Shown here: piece after piece, positions 40,257-53,988 of the stretch
Position numbering within the stretch: position 1 is the first letter of the stretch
Layout of the letters: each line of letters begins with the position of its first letter
DNA from: Camelus ferus
Lineage: Eukaryota
Length of the DNA: 64,000 nucleotides
Direction: 5' to 3'
Assembly: GCF_009834535.1 (NCBI RefSeq)
Contig: NC_045696.1
Location: 58,840,001 to 58,904,000 of the forward strand
Program-made: the position numbers and the translations under genes
The notes under the pieces: generated by a model
The model's database searches: none
What the model was told of the DNA's origin: nothing
The model's input: only the letters and a program-made list of their open reading frames with translations

Positions 40257-40732
40257 GTATTAGTTTTCTATTGCTGCTGTAACAAATTACCACAAACTTA
40301 CTGACTTGAAACATCAGGAATTTATTCTCTTAAAGTTCTGTAGATTGGAAGTCCAAAATGATCCTTTCAGGGGTAAAAATCCAGATATTGGCAGGGCTTA
40401 TTCCTTCTGAGGCTCCAAGGGAGAATCCTTTTTTTTTTTTTTTTTTTTAAATCTCTTCCAGCCTCTAGAGCTTGCTGGTATTCCTTGGCTCAGTCACATC
40501 TCTTCCTATCTCTTCTTTTGTTGTAATGCCTTCTCTGATTTTAATCCTCCTGTGTCTCTCTTATAACAACCTTTGTGATTACATTGGGCCCAACCAGATA
40601 GTCTGGGACAATTTCCCCATCTCAAGATCCTTAACTTAATCACACCTGCCAGTCCCCTTTACCATCTTAAGTAACATTCTGGGGATTAGAGCATGGACAT
40701 ATTTGGGGGAGGGGGCATTATTTCTGCTAACA
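40257..40732 (-). mobile_element. MaLR LTR (MLT1-like)
   Basis: 'tgtattagttttctattgctgctgtaacaaattaccacaaactt...gtgattacattgggcccaacc...tctcaagatccttaacttaatcaca'. Confidence 0.8.
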
Positions 40733-40744
40733 TATCCCAATTAG

Positions 40745-40795
40745 CAAAAGAAAGAAGAAAGAGAGGAAAGAGAAAGAGAGAAAGAGAAGAAAGAA

Positions 40796-40867
<72 letters not shown>

Positions 40868-40921
40868 GAGAAAGAGAGAGAGAAAAAGAAAGAAAGAAAG
40901 AGAAAAAGAAAGAAAGAAAGA
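40745..40921. repeat. (AAAG)n / polypurine microsatellite
   Basis: About 175 bp of purine-only sequence with a long perfect AAAG core. Confidence 0.97.
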
Positions 40922-41269
40922 GAGGAGGGAGAAGGGGAGGTGAGGGGGGATTCCTTCCGGCTTCTCCTTCCGTCATTCCTTGGAGGGCTTTCTTCCTTCA
41001 TTCCTCAAGGAAGGAAGGAAGAAAGGACAGACTTGAAAAATGACAAACATGGGGACCAAAAGAGGAGAGAGGGCTTGTGTTGGTGATGATAAAGAGTAGT
41101 AAATTGAAACTAGAGTAATGATTGCTTACTGAAAGCAAAAGCCAGGATTTCTCTGCAGGTGAATGCTAATGCCAATGCTAGGACTGAGAGACTGATCCAG
41201 TGAGTTTTCTAGGGCCTTCTTTACTTGCACGCTAATCTCATTGATTTCAACATATGAATTTTGAGGGAG

Positions 41270-41700
41270 GGCGTGTCACAGACATTCAAACCATATAAGT
41301 TACCTTCCTTGCCAAAAGGGATTTTGTGAGTGTGATTAAATCAGGGTCCCTGAGATGAGAAGATCATCTTGGTTTATCTGAGTGGGTCCCTTGTAATCAA
41401 AAAAGGGAGGCAAAAGAAGACTCAAGAGTCAGTCAGAAGGGGATGTGACTACAGAAGAAAGTTGTAGAAAGATGCAGATAAAGATGGAAGAAGGGGGCTT
41501 CCAGAATCTGGAAAACAAGAGGAAATAGATTCTTTCCTAGAGCCTTGAGAAAGGAATGCAGCCTTGCCAACATCTTGATTTTAGCCCAGTGAGAACTGTT
41601 TTGGACTTCTGACCTGCAGAACTGTAAGATAATGAATTTGTATTGTTTTAAGCCACAGAATTTGTGGTAATTTGTTATAGCAGCAGTTGAAAACTAATAC
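41270..41700 (+). mobile_element. MaLR LTR (MLT1-like)
   Basis: 'tttagcccagtgaga...ttggacttctgacctgcagaactgtaagataat...gtggtaatttgttatagcagca...aactaatac'. Confidence 0.8.
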
Positions 41701-41709
41701 AGCTAATAC

Positions 41710-43610
41710 ATCTATATTGATACCAGCCAAAAAGCATTACTAGAGATAAAATCTTTCATAACGTTGAATGTTTCCATTCATCAGGAAAACAACAATTTTA
41801 AACATGTATGCATAATTACATGGCCCTTGTGCTAATGTTCCAGTTCTATGTAGAGAATTATAAAATATTGTTGGATGACATTAAGGAAGACCTAAAAAAA
41901 TGGAGAGATACTGAGTTCATAGATTGAAAGACTTAATACAGTAAAGACAATAGTTCTCCCCAAATTAATTTATAAATTGCATGCAAGCTCAATCATAATT
42001 TCACCAAGTAGTTTTTGTTGTTTGTTTTGACTTTTGTGGAATTTGAGAAGCAGACTGAGATTTTATGTGGAAATATAAAGGTCCAAAAATTGCCAAGATA
42101 TTAGAACTTGCTGTATAAGATGTCAAGATTAATTATAAATTATAGTAATTAAGGCAGTATAGAATTAACATAGGGATGGCAAATAGACTGATGGAACAGA
42201 AGAGAACCCAGGAACAGACCCACACATGTATAGTCACTTTATGACAGAGATAAAGTAGTGAAAAGATGGACATTCCAATAAACGATGCTGGGACAAGTGG
42301 AAATTCATGTGGGGAAAAAAAATTCCCTACCTCACACTATACACAACAGTCATTTCTGGACTTAAAATATGAAAGACAACATTTAAAGCTTTTAGAAATT
42401 AGGAGAATATTTATGAACTCAAAGGTAAGGAAGGAATTTTAAAACAAGATATAAAGAGTACCAACTATAAATGAAAAAGATTGCTACATTTGATTATATT
42501 AAAACAAAGGGCCTTTGTTTATCAAAAGATAGCATAAAGTAAGCAAAAAAAAAAAAAAAACCAACAAGGTACAGAGTGGGAGAAGATATTTGCCATACAT
42601 GTAGTTAATAAAGGACTAGTCTCCACAACATATGAAAATTCCTTCAAATCAGTACAAGATAATCATATGTAAAATGTGGGCAAAAGACTTAAATAGGGAC
42701 TTTACCAAAGGAAAAATATAAATGACAAGTAAACAGGTGAATATGCTCAACCTCTTTGATCAGGGAAATGAAAATTATAACCACAGGGAGATATCATTAG
42801 CCATCCTCCAGAGTGGCTAAGATGAAATAGTTTGATACCATCAGTTGTCGTTCAGGGTGTCCTGTGGCAGAAACTCCCAAAGGCTGCAGTTGGTAAGTTG
42901 GTGCATTCACTTTGAAAAACAGTTTGCCATTATCTAGGAAGGTCAAAGATACATATATCCCATGACTGTTTTTCTAATGCTGGGTTGATGGCCTTAAAGT
43001 TCCCCCAGGATACATATACCAGAATATTCAGAGCAGTATTTTTTATTATAGTCCCACACTGCAATACAACATAACATCTATCTACAGTAGAATAAATAAA
43101 TTGTGGTCTGTCTTACAATGGGATACTTTACAGTAATGCAAGCAAACAAATTGTAGCTCTGAGCATAATACAGAGGAGTCTCAGAAACAATATTGAATGA
43201 AAGAAGTAAGGCACAAAAGAATATATACATTATGATTCATTCATCTAAGTTCAAAATCAGGCTAAATGAAATTATATTGTTTAAGAGATTTATACACAGG
43301 TGGTAAAACTAAAGAAAAGCAAAAAAAAATTATCACAAAAGACAGGATAGTGGTTACTTACTTACCGAGGATAGTGGATAGTGGGGAGGGAGGAATTTAT
43401 GACCAAGAGGGGACAAGTAGCAGGGGTGAGAAGAGGGGCAGGGGGAGGAGTTCTGGGAGTAATGAAAATACCTTATTTCTTGACCTGGATGGTGGTTATA
43501 TAGGTTTTCCCTTAGTGATAATTCTTTAAGGTGTCTATCTGTGATTTGGGCCCTTTTTGCTATACTTTACATGTTAGATATACTTTATAAGTTAAATAAC
43601 ATAAATGATA
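41710..43610 (+). mobile_element. Ancient LINE-1 (L1M) ORF2 tail and 3' UTR
   Basis: Degenerate motifs 'ggaacagaagagaacccagga', 'gggagaagatatttgc' and 'atttcttgacctggatggtggttata'. Confidence 0.75.
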
Positions 43611-45702
43611 GATAATAAAAATAAAGAGGAATGCTGACAGTAGGAAATAGGATGGTCTGCATCAGTATGGCCACTTGAGAAACTATGGTAGTTAGTCGGG
43701 GTATAAGAAAGATGTTGAGGATCTAGAGTCACTGGCACCTCTTTTTAAAGGAAGCTGCTGAGGCAAAGACCTGGTGACAGATAGTGGCTGTTATTTGGTA
43801 TCCTATGATTCCCATCCCTCTGACTACAGATAGGAATATATGTATAGATGGTAAGACTATACAACACAGCAATGAAATGTTTATCACACAGTATCAGGAT
43901 AATGGATGCTTATGGACTAGAGCTGGGCACCTGACCCTGGAGCAACTGATAGGCGGGCATCCCTCTCTCTCATCTTTTCATCTCCATGGAAAAGGCAACT
44001 TCTATACACAGGTGGGGTGTGCTAATCAGATTTCCAGCTTCCTGAACAATGGAGACCAAAACTAGTTAGAGAAAAAAGGAATATATTGAAAGGACACTGG
44101 ATAGCTCACAAAATTGATGAAAAAACTGAAGAATAAGGTTTGGAACATCAACAGGAGCCAGGACAAATTAGGCATGTAAAAATAGAGACCAAATCAATAT
44201 ACAGGAAGAATCTGATTAGTATCCAGCAGCTTCTGTCATTGGCCTGCCACCATTGGACATCGAGTGCAGCCATTATTGTGTCCTCTGCCACCTCTGGAGA
44301 GACTCTAAACTGCCATTTACTTCTCTGTGTTATTCCAGAATCAAAGTCTTAGGAGCATATGGTTGGAAGTTCACAAGCCCAAATTCTAGAGACAAGGAAG
44401 CTGGGAAAGGGGCTACATTGCCCATACTTGAGCTTCTTTATTGGAATTCCCTCCAAATAGGAAGTGTGTTTAGATACTGAGTGGCCGAAAATGAAAAACA
44501 CCTATCACAGGGACTATCAGAAATAAACATATCTAATTCACTAGGCCATGTTTTACCTGGTAGACAAGAGATTGTGCACAGAGTCGATTGAATTGAAAGG
44601 CAGCCAGGCTGACTCTTCCTTCTGCCCTGCAGTGCACAATTCTCTCTCTTTTTCAGTTTTTCTGGTTTTTCTGCCTGTGATTGGAAATGGGGAGGGGTAC
44701 GTAATTCTGATCAGCCCTGGACTACTGGCCAGGCTGTCTTCAGTTCAGGAAGGTAGGAGTCCAGATGTCAGCAGTCTTCATGGTTGGTCAAGCACCTCAA
44801 AACATACCCGTATACTCTCTGTTAATGGCCAGATGGAAGATGGTGGTGAGGTCATTCCCCACCTCCTGAACTGATCTGGTTTCATTACACAAAAACCCGG
44901 AGAAAAGGAGGGGCAGGTGATAGGATTCAAACCTAAATTCCATTCTAAACTTTCAGTTTGTTAGCCCACAGAAAGGCCAGTGATATGACCTAATATGAAA
45001 AAATTATATCACATTATTCTTTTGAGAATGTGAGCTTGGAAAAACTGAAATCTGAGCAGATGTGGAGAGAGGAGACCCTATATGGTGAGATAGCTGCCTT
45101 AGTATTTGATGACTTTCTGTGATCAGCTTTAGGCCAGAGGTCTTCTAAATGGTTAATGAACACACCAGTGAAGATCAGTCACATTTATGAAGAAATGATT
45201 AAAACAATGAGGTAGATGCCCTCTTCTGTTTCTCCTTTTTCAAATTGTCAAAGATAAAAATTATACTGTTGGCAGGGTTATAAAGACATTCTTAAACTTT
45301 GCTACTGAATCTGTAGACTTATAGATACACTGTCTGAAAGGCAGCTTGGCAATACATACCAAAACCTTCAAACTGTGAGTGTCCTTTGTCTCAATGATTA
45401 CACCTCTTGGAATTTATCTTAAGGAATTTAGGATATGAAAAAAGATTTAGTTAGTTATAAAAGCTCATCACAATGCTGTTTGTAATACCAAACTGTTGGA
45501 AACAATCTAAATGTTCAACAGGACAGACTGTTTAAATAATGATAGAGGTTTAAAATACTATGCCATTCAAACATTAAAAATGATTTTGCAGAAACTTACT
45601 TTCAGATGATTCAGCAAGAATAGTGTGTGTTTATGTGTGACAGAGAACACAAGCATGGGAGAGAAATTGTGAACAAAGAGCAAATGTGGCAAAGTGATGT
45701 GA

Positions 45703-47300
45703 TTGTTAAGTCAGAAACTATGAAAGATCTGAAATTTTCACTCTATTTGCAAGCTAACAAGGTAGCCTGCCACACACACACACACACACGCGCACACACA
45801 CACACACACTCTCTCTCTCTCTCTCTCCTATTTTCATATATTTCTTTTATGGCCCAGCAGCAGCGACGGGCCCAGATTTTGTCCCTGAACCATTACTGCC
45901 CGTTGTTAGGGCCTTCCTCCCAAAGAACAGCCTCAAGGCATTGCTCCCCTTTGTGACCCAGCCCAAGTGCCAGCCTCCTGTAATGAGAGAACAGGCCTCT
46001 TTGCCCAGCTCCCTTGATGAGGAAATATTCTCTTCTTTTGAACAGCGTAGGGGACACACATGGGCCAGGGCCTGCTCCAAGTGGGTGGAGTGTGGGGTTT
46101 CCCAGGAAGGGAAGCAGGGCAGAGTTTGAACACTCAGGGTACACTTTGTGGCTTAAGGTATGTATGTGGGGATTAGTCTGGGTCCAGATGGAGGGGCAGG
46201 ATGAGGATGTGTGTATGTATGTGTGTATATATAAATGTTATTTATATGTATATGTATATATAAATAATGAGGCTTCTGAGTCAGAAACAAAAACGGTTTG
46301 TCATTTATGGCAAAAACAGTAGCCAGAGCAACATCTTATGTTGGTTCCCAAGCCCCACCTACACAGGGCAACGTCATGCAGGCCTAATGATACCTGCATA
46401 TGCAGTGGGGTGCACTACAGGAGAGGAACCCTGGAATAAGGAAACTGATCATATATATGGCTGCTGGTGACATATGCATCCTTCCCTGCAAAGAGAGAGA
46501 AACCTTATCTTTATTCTAGAATGTAAGAAGGTCTTCTCCAAGAGGGGAAGGAGGGATCTTTATCTTTACTATTCCGATCGGGTTTCCAGGGAGAGAAACA
46601 TATTTAAGCTTCACTTTCCTGGTATATCTCTGTAGGGGAGAGAAAATCAAACCTTTATCCTCTACCCTCTTAGGTTCAGTGTCTGGTATCCTGTGAATTG
46701 AACTGACAAAAGATGAATAGAAGAAAAAGTTTTATTTCATATACAGATGGGGAGCCTCACAGAAATTAATTGAAAACCTCGAAGAAATGGATCAGATTCA
46801 GAGGGTTATATACTATTTTAACAAAAGGCAATAAATTTGTGGTGAAGTGACAAGACAAAGCAAAGGAGGTTTAGGTTTTTATGGGCAGTAAATCGTGGGA
46901 AGGTAAACAAGTGGGGAAAACTAATAGGAGATAAGGGTTATTTTTAGTAAAGTTTGTTATGTCGCTGCCATCTCTGGGCTGAGACAAGTTTAGAGTGGTG
47001 ATTAAGAGTTATTCTGCTCTTCCTGATGTACGAGAGAGGATAGGGACACATGCACAAAGGGAAATATGCCCTGCCTTTAGGCAAATAGGGGGAGGATAGA
47101 GCTTTTTCTGCATCTGCTGTTTTTCACTTGCCTTCAGCTCAGAATAGTTCTTATGCCAAAGTGGCATATTTTGGGGTAGTACATTCTGATCCCCCTCAGC
47201 TCCTTATACAGATATTCTTGAATTGATAGTAAAAGCCTTTGATCAGAAGACCTGGATTGTGCAGAAAAGTGAGATGTTTAGAGTGAATCATCTCCCAACA
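45703..47300 (-). mobile_element. ERV1 LTR sequence (MER34/MER39-like) containing a (CA)n(CT)n tract and a nested LTR
   Basis: The minus strand begins 'tgttgggagatgattc...ttttctgcac' at 47300. The left end reads 'ctatttgcaagctaacaaggtagcctgcc'. Confidence 0.55.
46631..47198 (-). mobile_element. Solo ERV LTR nested in an older LTR
   Basis: TG...CA termini. The minus strand starts 'tgagggggatcagaatgtactaccccaaaatatgccactttggcataag'. Flanks tctc / gctc give a 3-of-4 target-site duplication match. Confidence 0.7.
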
Positions 47301-48087
47301 GTATTCTGCATGGAGGGTTTAAGGGTGTTTATTAAACTAAGTTCTATCAAGCTTTCTCCAAGTTTGAACAAAATTTAAAATAAAAAGTTAGGGAAATAAT
47401 AATGCAGAGACGCATTTGACATGGAAATTGTTTAGAATATATTAAGTAGAAAAATGGACTACACATGGTGCGTAGTAAGGTCTCATTTTTATAAGAGTTA
47501 GGTATATCTGTCTACAGAGAAAAAAAAAATCTAGAAGGGGATATACCAATATATTATTAGTGTTTATCTTTGGATAAGTAAGGGCATTAGGTTTTTTTAA
47601 TGTTCTTTCTGTTTATAGGTATTTTGCTTTTTTCCAGTGAGTGTTTTTGTGAGTAAACTTTTTTCTTTAACTTTATTAAAAACAAATCCCTTTTTGTCTT
47701 TTTGCCTTCTAATGAGAGTAGATATCAGTGACATGTTGGGTTTTTTCTCCCCTCAATCTTGGATATACTTAAACTGCCTTGCAAAAGGGGAGGGAAGAGA
47801 GTAAGGGAAAGATAGGCAGTATGGGGGAAGTAAAAAGAAGAGGAGAGGAACCTAGGAGAAGAGACAAGTCTGGGAGGACTTTTCAAATGAAACACTGATC
47901 AATATGAACTCCCTTATCTACTTCCCTTACAAAATCAGTAAATTCTTTCATATTTTTATATGAATTGAATTTCTGGTAGAAAACTCAAAAGGAAAAGGAG
48001 ACAACAGTTAATACAGATGATGTTTTGGGTGCTACCTGGGATTTTCAAACTAAAGTGCACTGCCAGAATAAAGTGCACACCCAGAAT

Positions 48088-48405
48088 AGTGGTTTTCAAG
48101 CTCTTAAATAATTTTGAGGACCCTAAAGAGCTTTTATTTATGTGGCTTATAACTATTCTATATTATCCATATTAGACATTTAAACTAAGAAAAATTTAAA
48201 TCATAAGAATATATAAGCTGTCAGAGTGATGACATTATCACACATCATGAAGCTTCTGAAAAACACTCTACATTTGTGAGTGAATGAGAGTGAAAAAGGC
48301 AAATAAGTTAGTATTTTTATTGAAAGAGTACTGTCCTCATGTTCCCCCTTAAGGCGTCTTCAGGAGCCCCCTAAGTCCTGAACCATGCTCTGAGAGCCAC
48401 TGATG
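48088..48405. mobile_element. hAT-Charlie-like DNA transposon fragment
   Basis: Imperfect inverted termini 'tagtggttttcaa' ... 'ctgagagccactg', with internal 'tttgaggaccctaaagagcttttatttatgtgg'. Confidence 0.55.
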
Positions 48406-49964
48406 TAGAGAACTAATACTTTGTTAGGCTGGATACAGGGTCCACTCCTGGTTGGCTTTCTCTGTTCTGTAGCATCCTGTTGTTGCACACTGAACCTCTC
48501 TGCTCCTCTTTTCTCTTCTATTGTTCATTGTCTTTTTGCTCTTTTTTCTGGGAGATTTCTATAATTTTGTCTTCCAATCTAATTCTTTGAATGCTTATTT
48601 AATTAAAAAAATATGAATAGCATCCTTTTTTGTTTCTTGGATATAATGTTTTCTTATATCTCTTTGATGATGTTTAATTATTGTTTCTTCTCCCTGCATG
48701 GTCTAAGTTTCTCCCAAGTTTTTTGTTTGTTTGTTTTGTTTTGTTGTTGTTATTTTTTAATGTTTGTCATCCTCTGTCTTTTTTTGTTAGAGACTTGTCT
48801 CAAATGTTTGATGATATTTGGCTATTTGCCTGTATTTAAGAGAGTGGTACTAAAAACTGAAGCTTGTGTTCAGGTAGGGCCTGTTGACTGTGAGCCTTGC
48901 TAGAAAATGCTAAGAGTCACTAGAATGACCTTAGAATGATCAGACAAATCCATGATATCCATAATTCAGTCAGATATTACTTTAATGTCTGCAGAGATAT
49001 GGCCCTACCAGAAAGTATGATATGAAAACATTTTGGGATTCTGCAGCCCAAACAGTTTTCGACATGCTTACTAAAGAATCCTGAGGATCCAAAGATCTGG
49101 CCTTAAGTATCTGTAGAGATAGATGGGAAACATTTAAATATCTAAGGAAAACTAAAGAATGTAAAACCAATGAAGTCATGAAAGAAGTAAGCTACAGCCT
49201 TTTTGGGGGGGAGGGTGCATACTTCTATGAATAAAGGAACATTTAGGACTTAAGATTTTAGAATTCCAAACATAATGACTACAGAAAGGGACTTAGCCTG
49301 GCATTCAGAATCACAAGAAATATCACTGGGTGTCTTGTAGCTTCAGTCTCATGCCCTGTTGAATTCAGGTTAAGAAACAAACTCAGCCAGCTGCAAAGGT
49401 AACGTGCCCCCAAGTGGGAAGGTAACATTCCTTCAAGTGAACAAATTTTTGTAACTTTGTTGAATTTGAAATTTAGTAAGTAAATCAAATGAAGTAATGA
49501 AGTAAATCAAATCTATAATACTAAAATAATAAAATTCTTGAATTTATCGAATGTAAAGAGATTTAGGCATATTAGAGAAACAGGTTAATATGTGATTCCA
49601 ATGTAAAATATAGATTATGTAATTATTTAGATTTGGGATTCAAAATTTAACTCTTACTAAATTTATAAACAGTATTGAAACATTTAAAAGAAATAAAGTC
49701 CCATGGTGTTTATAAATTTAATTTATTTATGAGACTTATTTTACTTGAGAAGGTATTTGCTTGGGGCATTTCTTGAGAAGTTCTATTATGAAACAATTGA
49801 AGAATTTAACGTGAAAATGAAATGTGTTCATTACATTTATGAATGCAACTTATAATGATTAAGGGGATTGATTAATTAGGTGCTAAAAGTCCCCTTAAAA
49901 GTGAATATTACATCTTGGTAAATGTTTAAATCTACCAAAATGGTGACCTTTAGAATATTATCAA

Positions 49965-52900
49965 ACTTAAGTTTGTTATCAACTTAAATAGATTGTTATA
50001 GATATAAGTTGTTATATGTAACCCTCATGGTAACCACAGAGCAAAACCCTATAGTTAAATACACAAAAGATAAAGAGAAAGAATACAAGCATACCACTAA
50101 AGAAAGTAATCAAACCACAAAAGAAGAGAGCAAGAGAAAAAGAATGGAACAGAGAAGTACCGCAAAAACAGCTCAAGACAACGAACAAAATGGTAATAAG
50201 TACATACCCATCAATAATTACTTTAAATGTAAATGGGCTAAATTTGCCAGAAGACATAGGGATAAAAAACAAGACCCATCTGTATACTGCCTACAAGAGA
50301 TTCACCTTAGATGTAAGGATATGCACAAACTGAAAGTAAAGGGATGGAAAAAGATATTATGTGAAAATGGAAACCAGAATAAAGCTGGAGTAGCTATACT
50401 TATATTAGACAAAATAGATTTTAAAATAAAGACTATAGTAAGAAACAGATAGGGAGTTATATAATGATACATGGGTCAATCAAACAAGAGGATATAACAC
50501 TTTAAAATTTATATGTACCCAACGTAGGAACATCTCAATAGAGAAAGTAAATATCAACAGACCTAGAAGGAGAAATAGCAGCACAGTAATAGCAGGGGAC
50601 TTTAATTACTCCACTTATATCAATAGATAGATCATCCAGAGAAAATAAGGAAACATCAGCCTTATACAACACATTATACAAGATGGACTTAACAGATATA
50701 TACAGAGATACTCCATCCAGAAGCAACAGAATACATTCTTCTCAAGTGCACATGGAACATCCTCCAGATATATCATATGTTAGGCCACAAAATAAGTGTT
50801 AATAAATTTAGATGATTGAAATCTTATCATACATATTTTCTGACTATGATGGTATGAAACTAGAAACCAATTACATGAAGAAAACTGGAATATTTACAAG
50901 TATGTGGAGATTAAACAGCATGCTGCTGAACAATCAGTGGATCAAAGAAGAAATCAAAAGAGAAATAAAAAATACTTTGAGACAATGAAAATGGAAACAT
51001 AACATACTACAATTTATGGGATGCAGCAAAAGCAGTTCTAAGAGAGAGGGTTATAGCAATAAATGCCAAGAAGCAAGAAAAGTCTCAAATAAATACCTAA
51101 CTTTACATCTCAAGGAACTAGAAGAAGAACAAAGAAAACCCAAAGTTAGTAAAAGGAAGGAAATAACAAAGATTAGAACAGAAATAAATGAAATAGGACT
51201 GAAAAGACCATAGAAAAGACCAACACAGTGAGGGCTGGCTCTTTGAAAAGGTAGATAAAATTGACAGATGTTTAGCTAGATTCACAAAGAAAAATAGAGG
51301 ACTCAAATAAATAAAATCAGAAATGAAAGAGGAGATATTACAACTGATACCACAGAAACAAAGGATAAGAGACTGCTATAAACAACTATACAGCAACAAA
51401 CTGGACCTAGAAGAAATGGATACATTTCTAGAATCATACAATTTACAAACACTGAATCATGAAGAAATAGAAAATCTGAACAATTACTACTAAGGAGAGT
51501 GAATCAATAATCAAAAACTTCCCAACCAACAAAAGTGAAGGACCAAATGGCTTCACTAGTGTTTTCTACCTAATATTCAAAAAAGAATTAACACCAGTCC
51601 TTCTCCAACTCTTCCAAAAAATAGAAGAGGAGAGAGCTCTTCCAAACTCATTTTATAAGACCATCATTACCCTGATAACAACCTAGACAAGGAAGCCAGA
51701 AGAAAATTACAGGCCAATATCCCTCATGAACAGAAATGTAAAAATCATCAACAAATATTAGCAAACCAAATTTAACAGTACATTAAAAGGATAACACACC
51801 ATGATCAAGTGGGATTTATTCCAGGGATGCAAGGCTAGTTCAACATCTGCAAATCAGTCAGTGTGGATACACCACATTTACAGGATTAAGGACAGAAATC
51901 ATATGATCATCTCAATAGATGCAGAAAAAGCATTTGACAAAATTCAACATTCATTTATGATAAAAAAACTCTCGACAAAGCAGGTGTAGAGGGAACATAC
52001 CTCACCATAATAAAGGCCATATATGACAAGCCCACAGCTGACATGATACTTACTGGTGAAAAGCTGAAAGCTTTTCCCTTAAGATCAGAAACAAGACAAG
52101 ATTCTTTCCACTTTTATTCAACATGGTAGTGAAAGCCCTCGCCAGAGCAATTAGGCAAGAAAAAGTCATCTGATTTGGGAAGGAGGAGGTAAAACTGTCA
52201 CTATTTGCAAAGGACATAATATTATATATCAAAAACCCTGTAGACGCCTTTCGAAAACTGTTAGAATAAGTGAATTCAGTAATGTTGTAGGATACAAAAT
52301 AATACACAAAAATTTGTTGTGTTTCTATATACTTGTAATGAACTATCAGAAAGAGAGATTAAGAAATCAGTCCTATTTATAATTGCATCAAAAAGAATAC
52401 CTAGGAATAAATTTAACCAAGGAGGTGAGAGACCTGTGTACTGAAAACTGTACAGCAATTAAAGAAAGAAATTGAAGCAGACACAGCTAAATGGAAGGAT
52501 ATTCTTTGCTCAGGGATTGCAAGAATTAATATTGTTAAAATGTCTGTACTACCTGAAGCAATCTACAGATTCAATGCAATCCCTTTCAAAATTCCAGTGA
52601 CATTTTCCACAGAAATAAAACAAACAATCCTAACATATGGAACCACAAAAGGCCCCAGATAGCTAGAGCAATCTTAGAAAGAAGAACCAAACTGGAGGCA
52701 TCATACTCCCTCAGTTCAAACTCTATTACAAAGCTATAGTTATTAAAACAGTATGGTTTGGAATAAAAACAGACATATAAATCAATGGAACAGAATAGAG
52801 CCCAGAAATAAACCCATGCACAGATGGTCAATTAATTTATGACAGAACTTCTAAGAATGTACAATCGGGAAAGGACAACCTCTTCAATAAATGGTGTTGG

Positions 52901-53988
52901 GAAAACTGGACAGTTACATGCAAAAGAATAAAATTGGATTACTGTCTTACACCATACACAAAAATTAACTCAAAATGGATTAAAGACTTCAGTGTAAGAC
53001 CTTCAACCAGAAAACTCCTAGAAGAAACATAGATGGTAGGCTCCTTGACATAGGTCTTGGTGATGATTTTTTGAATCTGACACCAAAAGTAAAAGCAGCA
53101 AAAGCAAAAATAAACACATAGGACATCATACTAAAAATCATCTGTTACAGCAAAGGTAACCATCAACAAAATAAAAAGGCAACCTTATGAATCAGAGAAA
53201 ATATTTGCAAATCATATATCTGATAAGGAGTTAATATCCAATATATATAAATAACTCATACAATTCTACAGCATAAAACCAAACAACCTGATTAAAAAAT
53301 GGGCAGAAGATCTGAATAGACATTTTTTCCAAAGAAGACATACAGATGACCAAGTTACCTAAAAAGATGCTCACCATCATTAATCATCAGGGAAATGCAA
53401 ATCAAAACCACAATGAGAAATCACCTCACCCCTGTTAGAATGACTTCATCAAAAAGACAAGAAAGAACCAATGTTGGCAAGGATGTGGAGAAAAGTGAAC
53501 TTTCATGCACTGTTGGTGGGAATATAAATTGGTGCAGCCACTATGGAAAACAGTTTGGAGGTTCCTCAAGAAATTAAAAATAGAACTACTATATGATCCA
53601 GCAATTCCATTTCTTGGTATTTATCTGAAGAAAATGAAAACACTAACTAGAAAAGATAAATGTACCCCCATGTTCATTGCAGCATAATTTACAGTAGCCA
53701 AGATATGGAAACAACCTACGTGTCTATCAATAAATAATGGATAAAGATGATGTTTTGTGTATGTTTTATATATAAAGATGCTTAAATATATGTATTCAGC
53801 CATAAAAAAGAATGGAATCTTGCCGTTTGTGAAACATGGATGGACCTTGAGGGCATTATGCTAAGTGAAAAAAGTCAGACAGAGAAAGGCAATTACTGTA
53901 TGATATCTCTTACATGGGGAATCTAAAACAACAACAACAAAACCCAGCTAGCATCAAGTATACAGAGAACAAATTGATGGTTGCCTGA
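49965..53988 (+). mobile_element. LINE-1 with a nearly full-length but degenerate ORF2 (endonuclease, RT, C-terminus)
   Basis: Endonuclease peptide 'CLQEIHL...LKVKGWKKI...KAGVAILILDKIDFK' and RT-region peptide '[17 protein letters not shown]'. Multiple stops and frameshifts. The 3' UTR is cut off at ~53988. Confidence 0.92.

Noticed and set aside
40686..41043. Lys/Glu/Arg-rich and Phe/Ser/Leu-rich ORFs
   Set aside because: These are translations of the AAAG microsatellite.
50009..53803. Endonuclease and reverse transcriptase-like ORFs
   Set aside because: Fragments of a dead LINE-1 ORF2 with many stops and frameshifts, not a domesticated gene or retron-like system.
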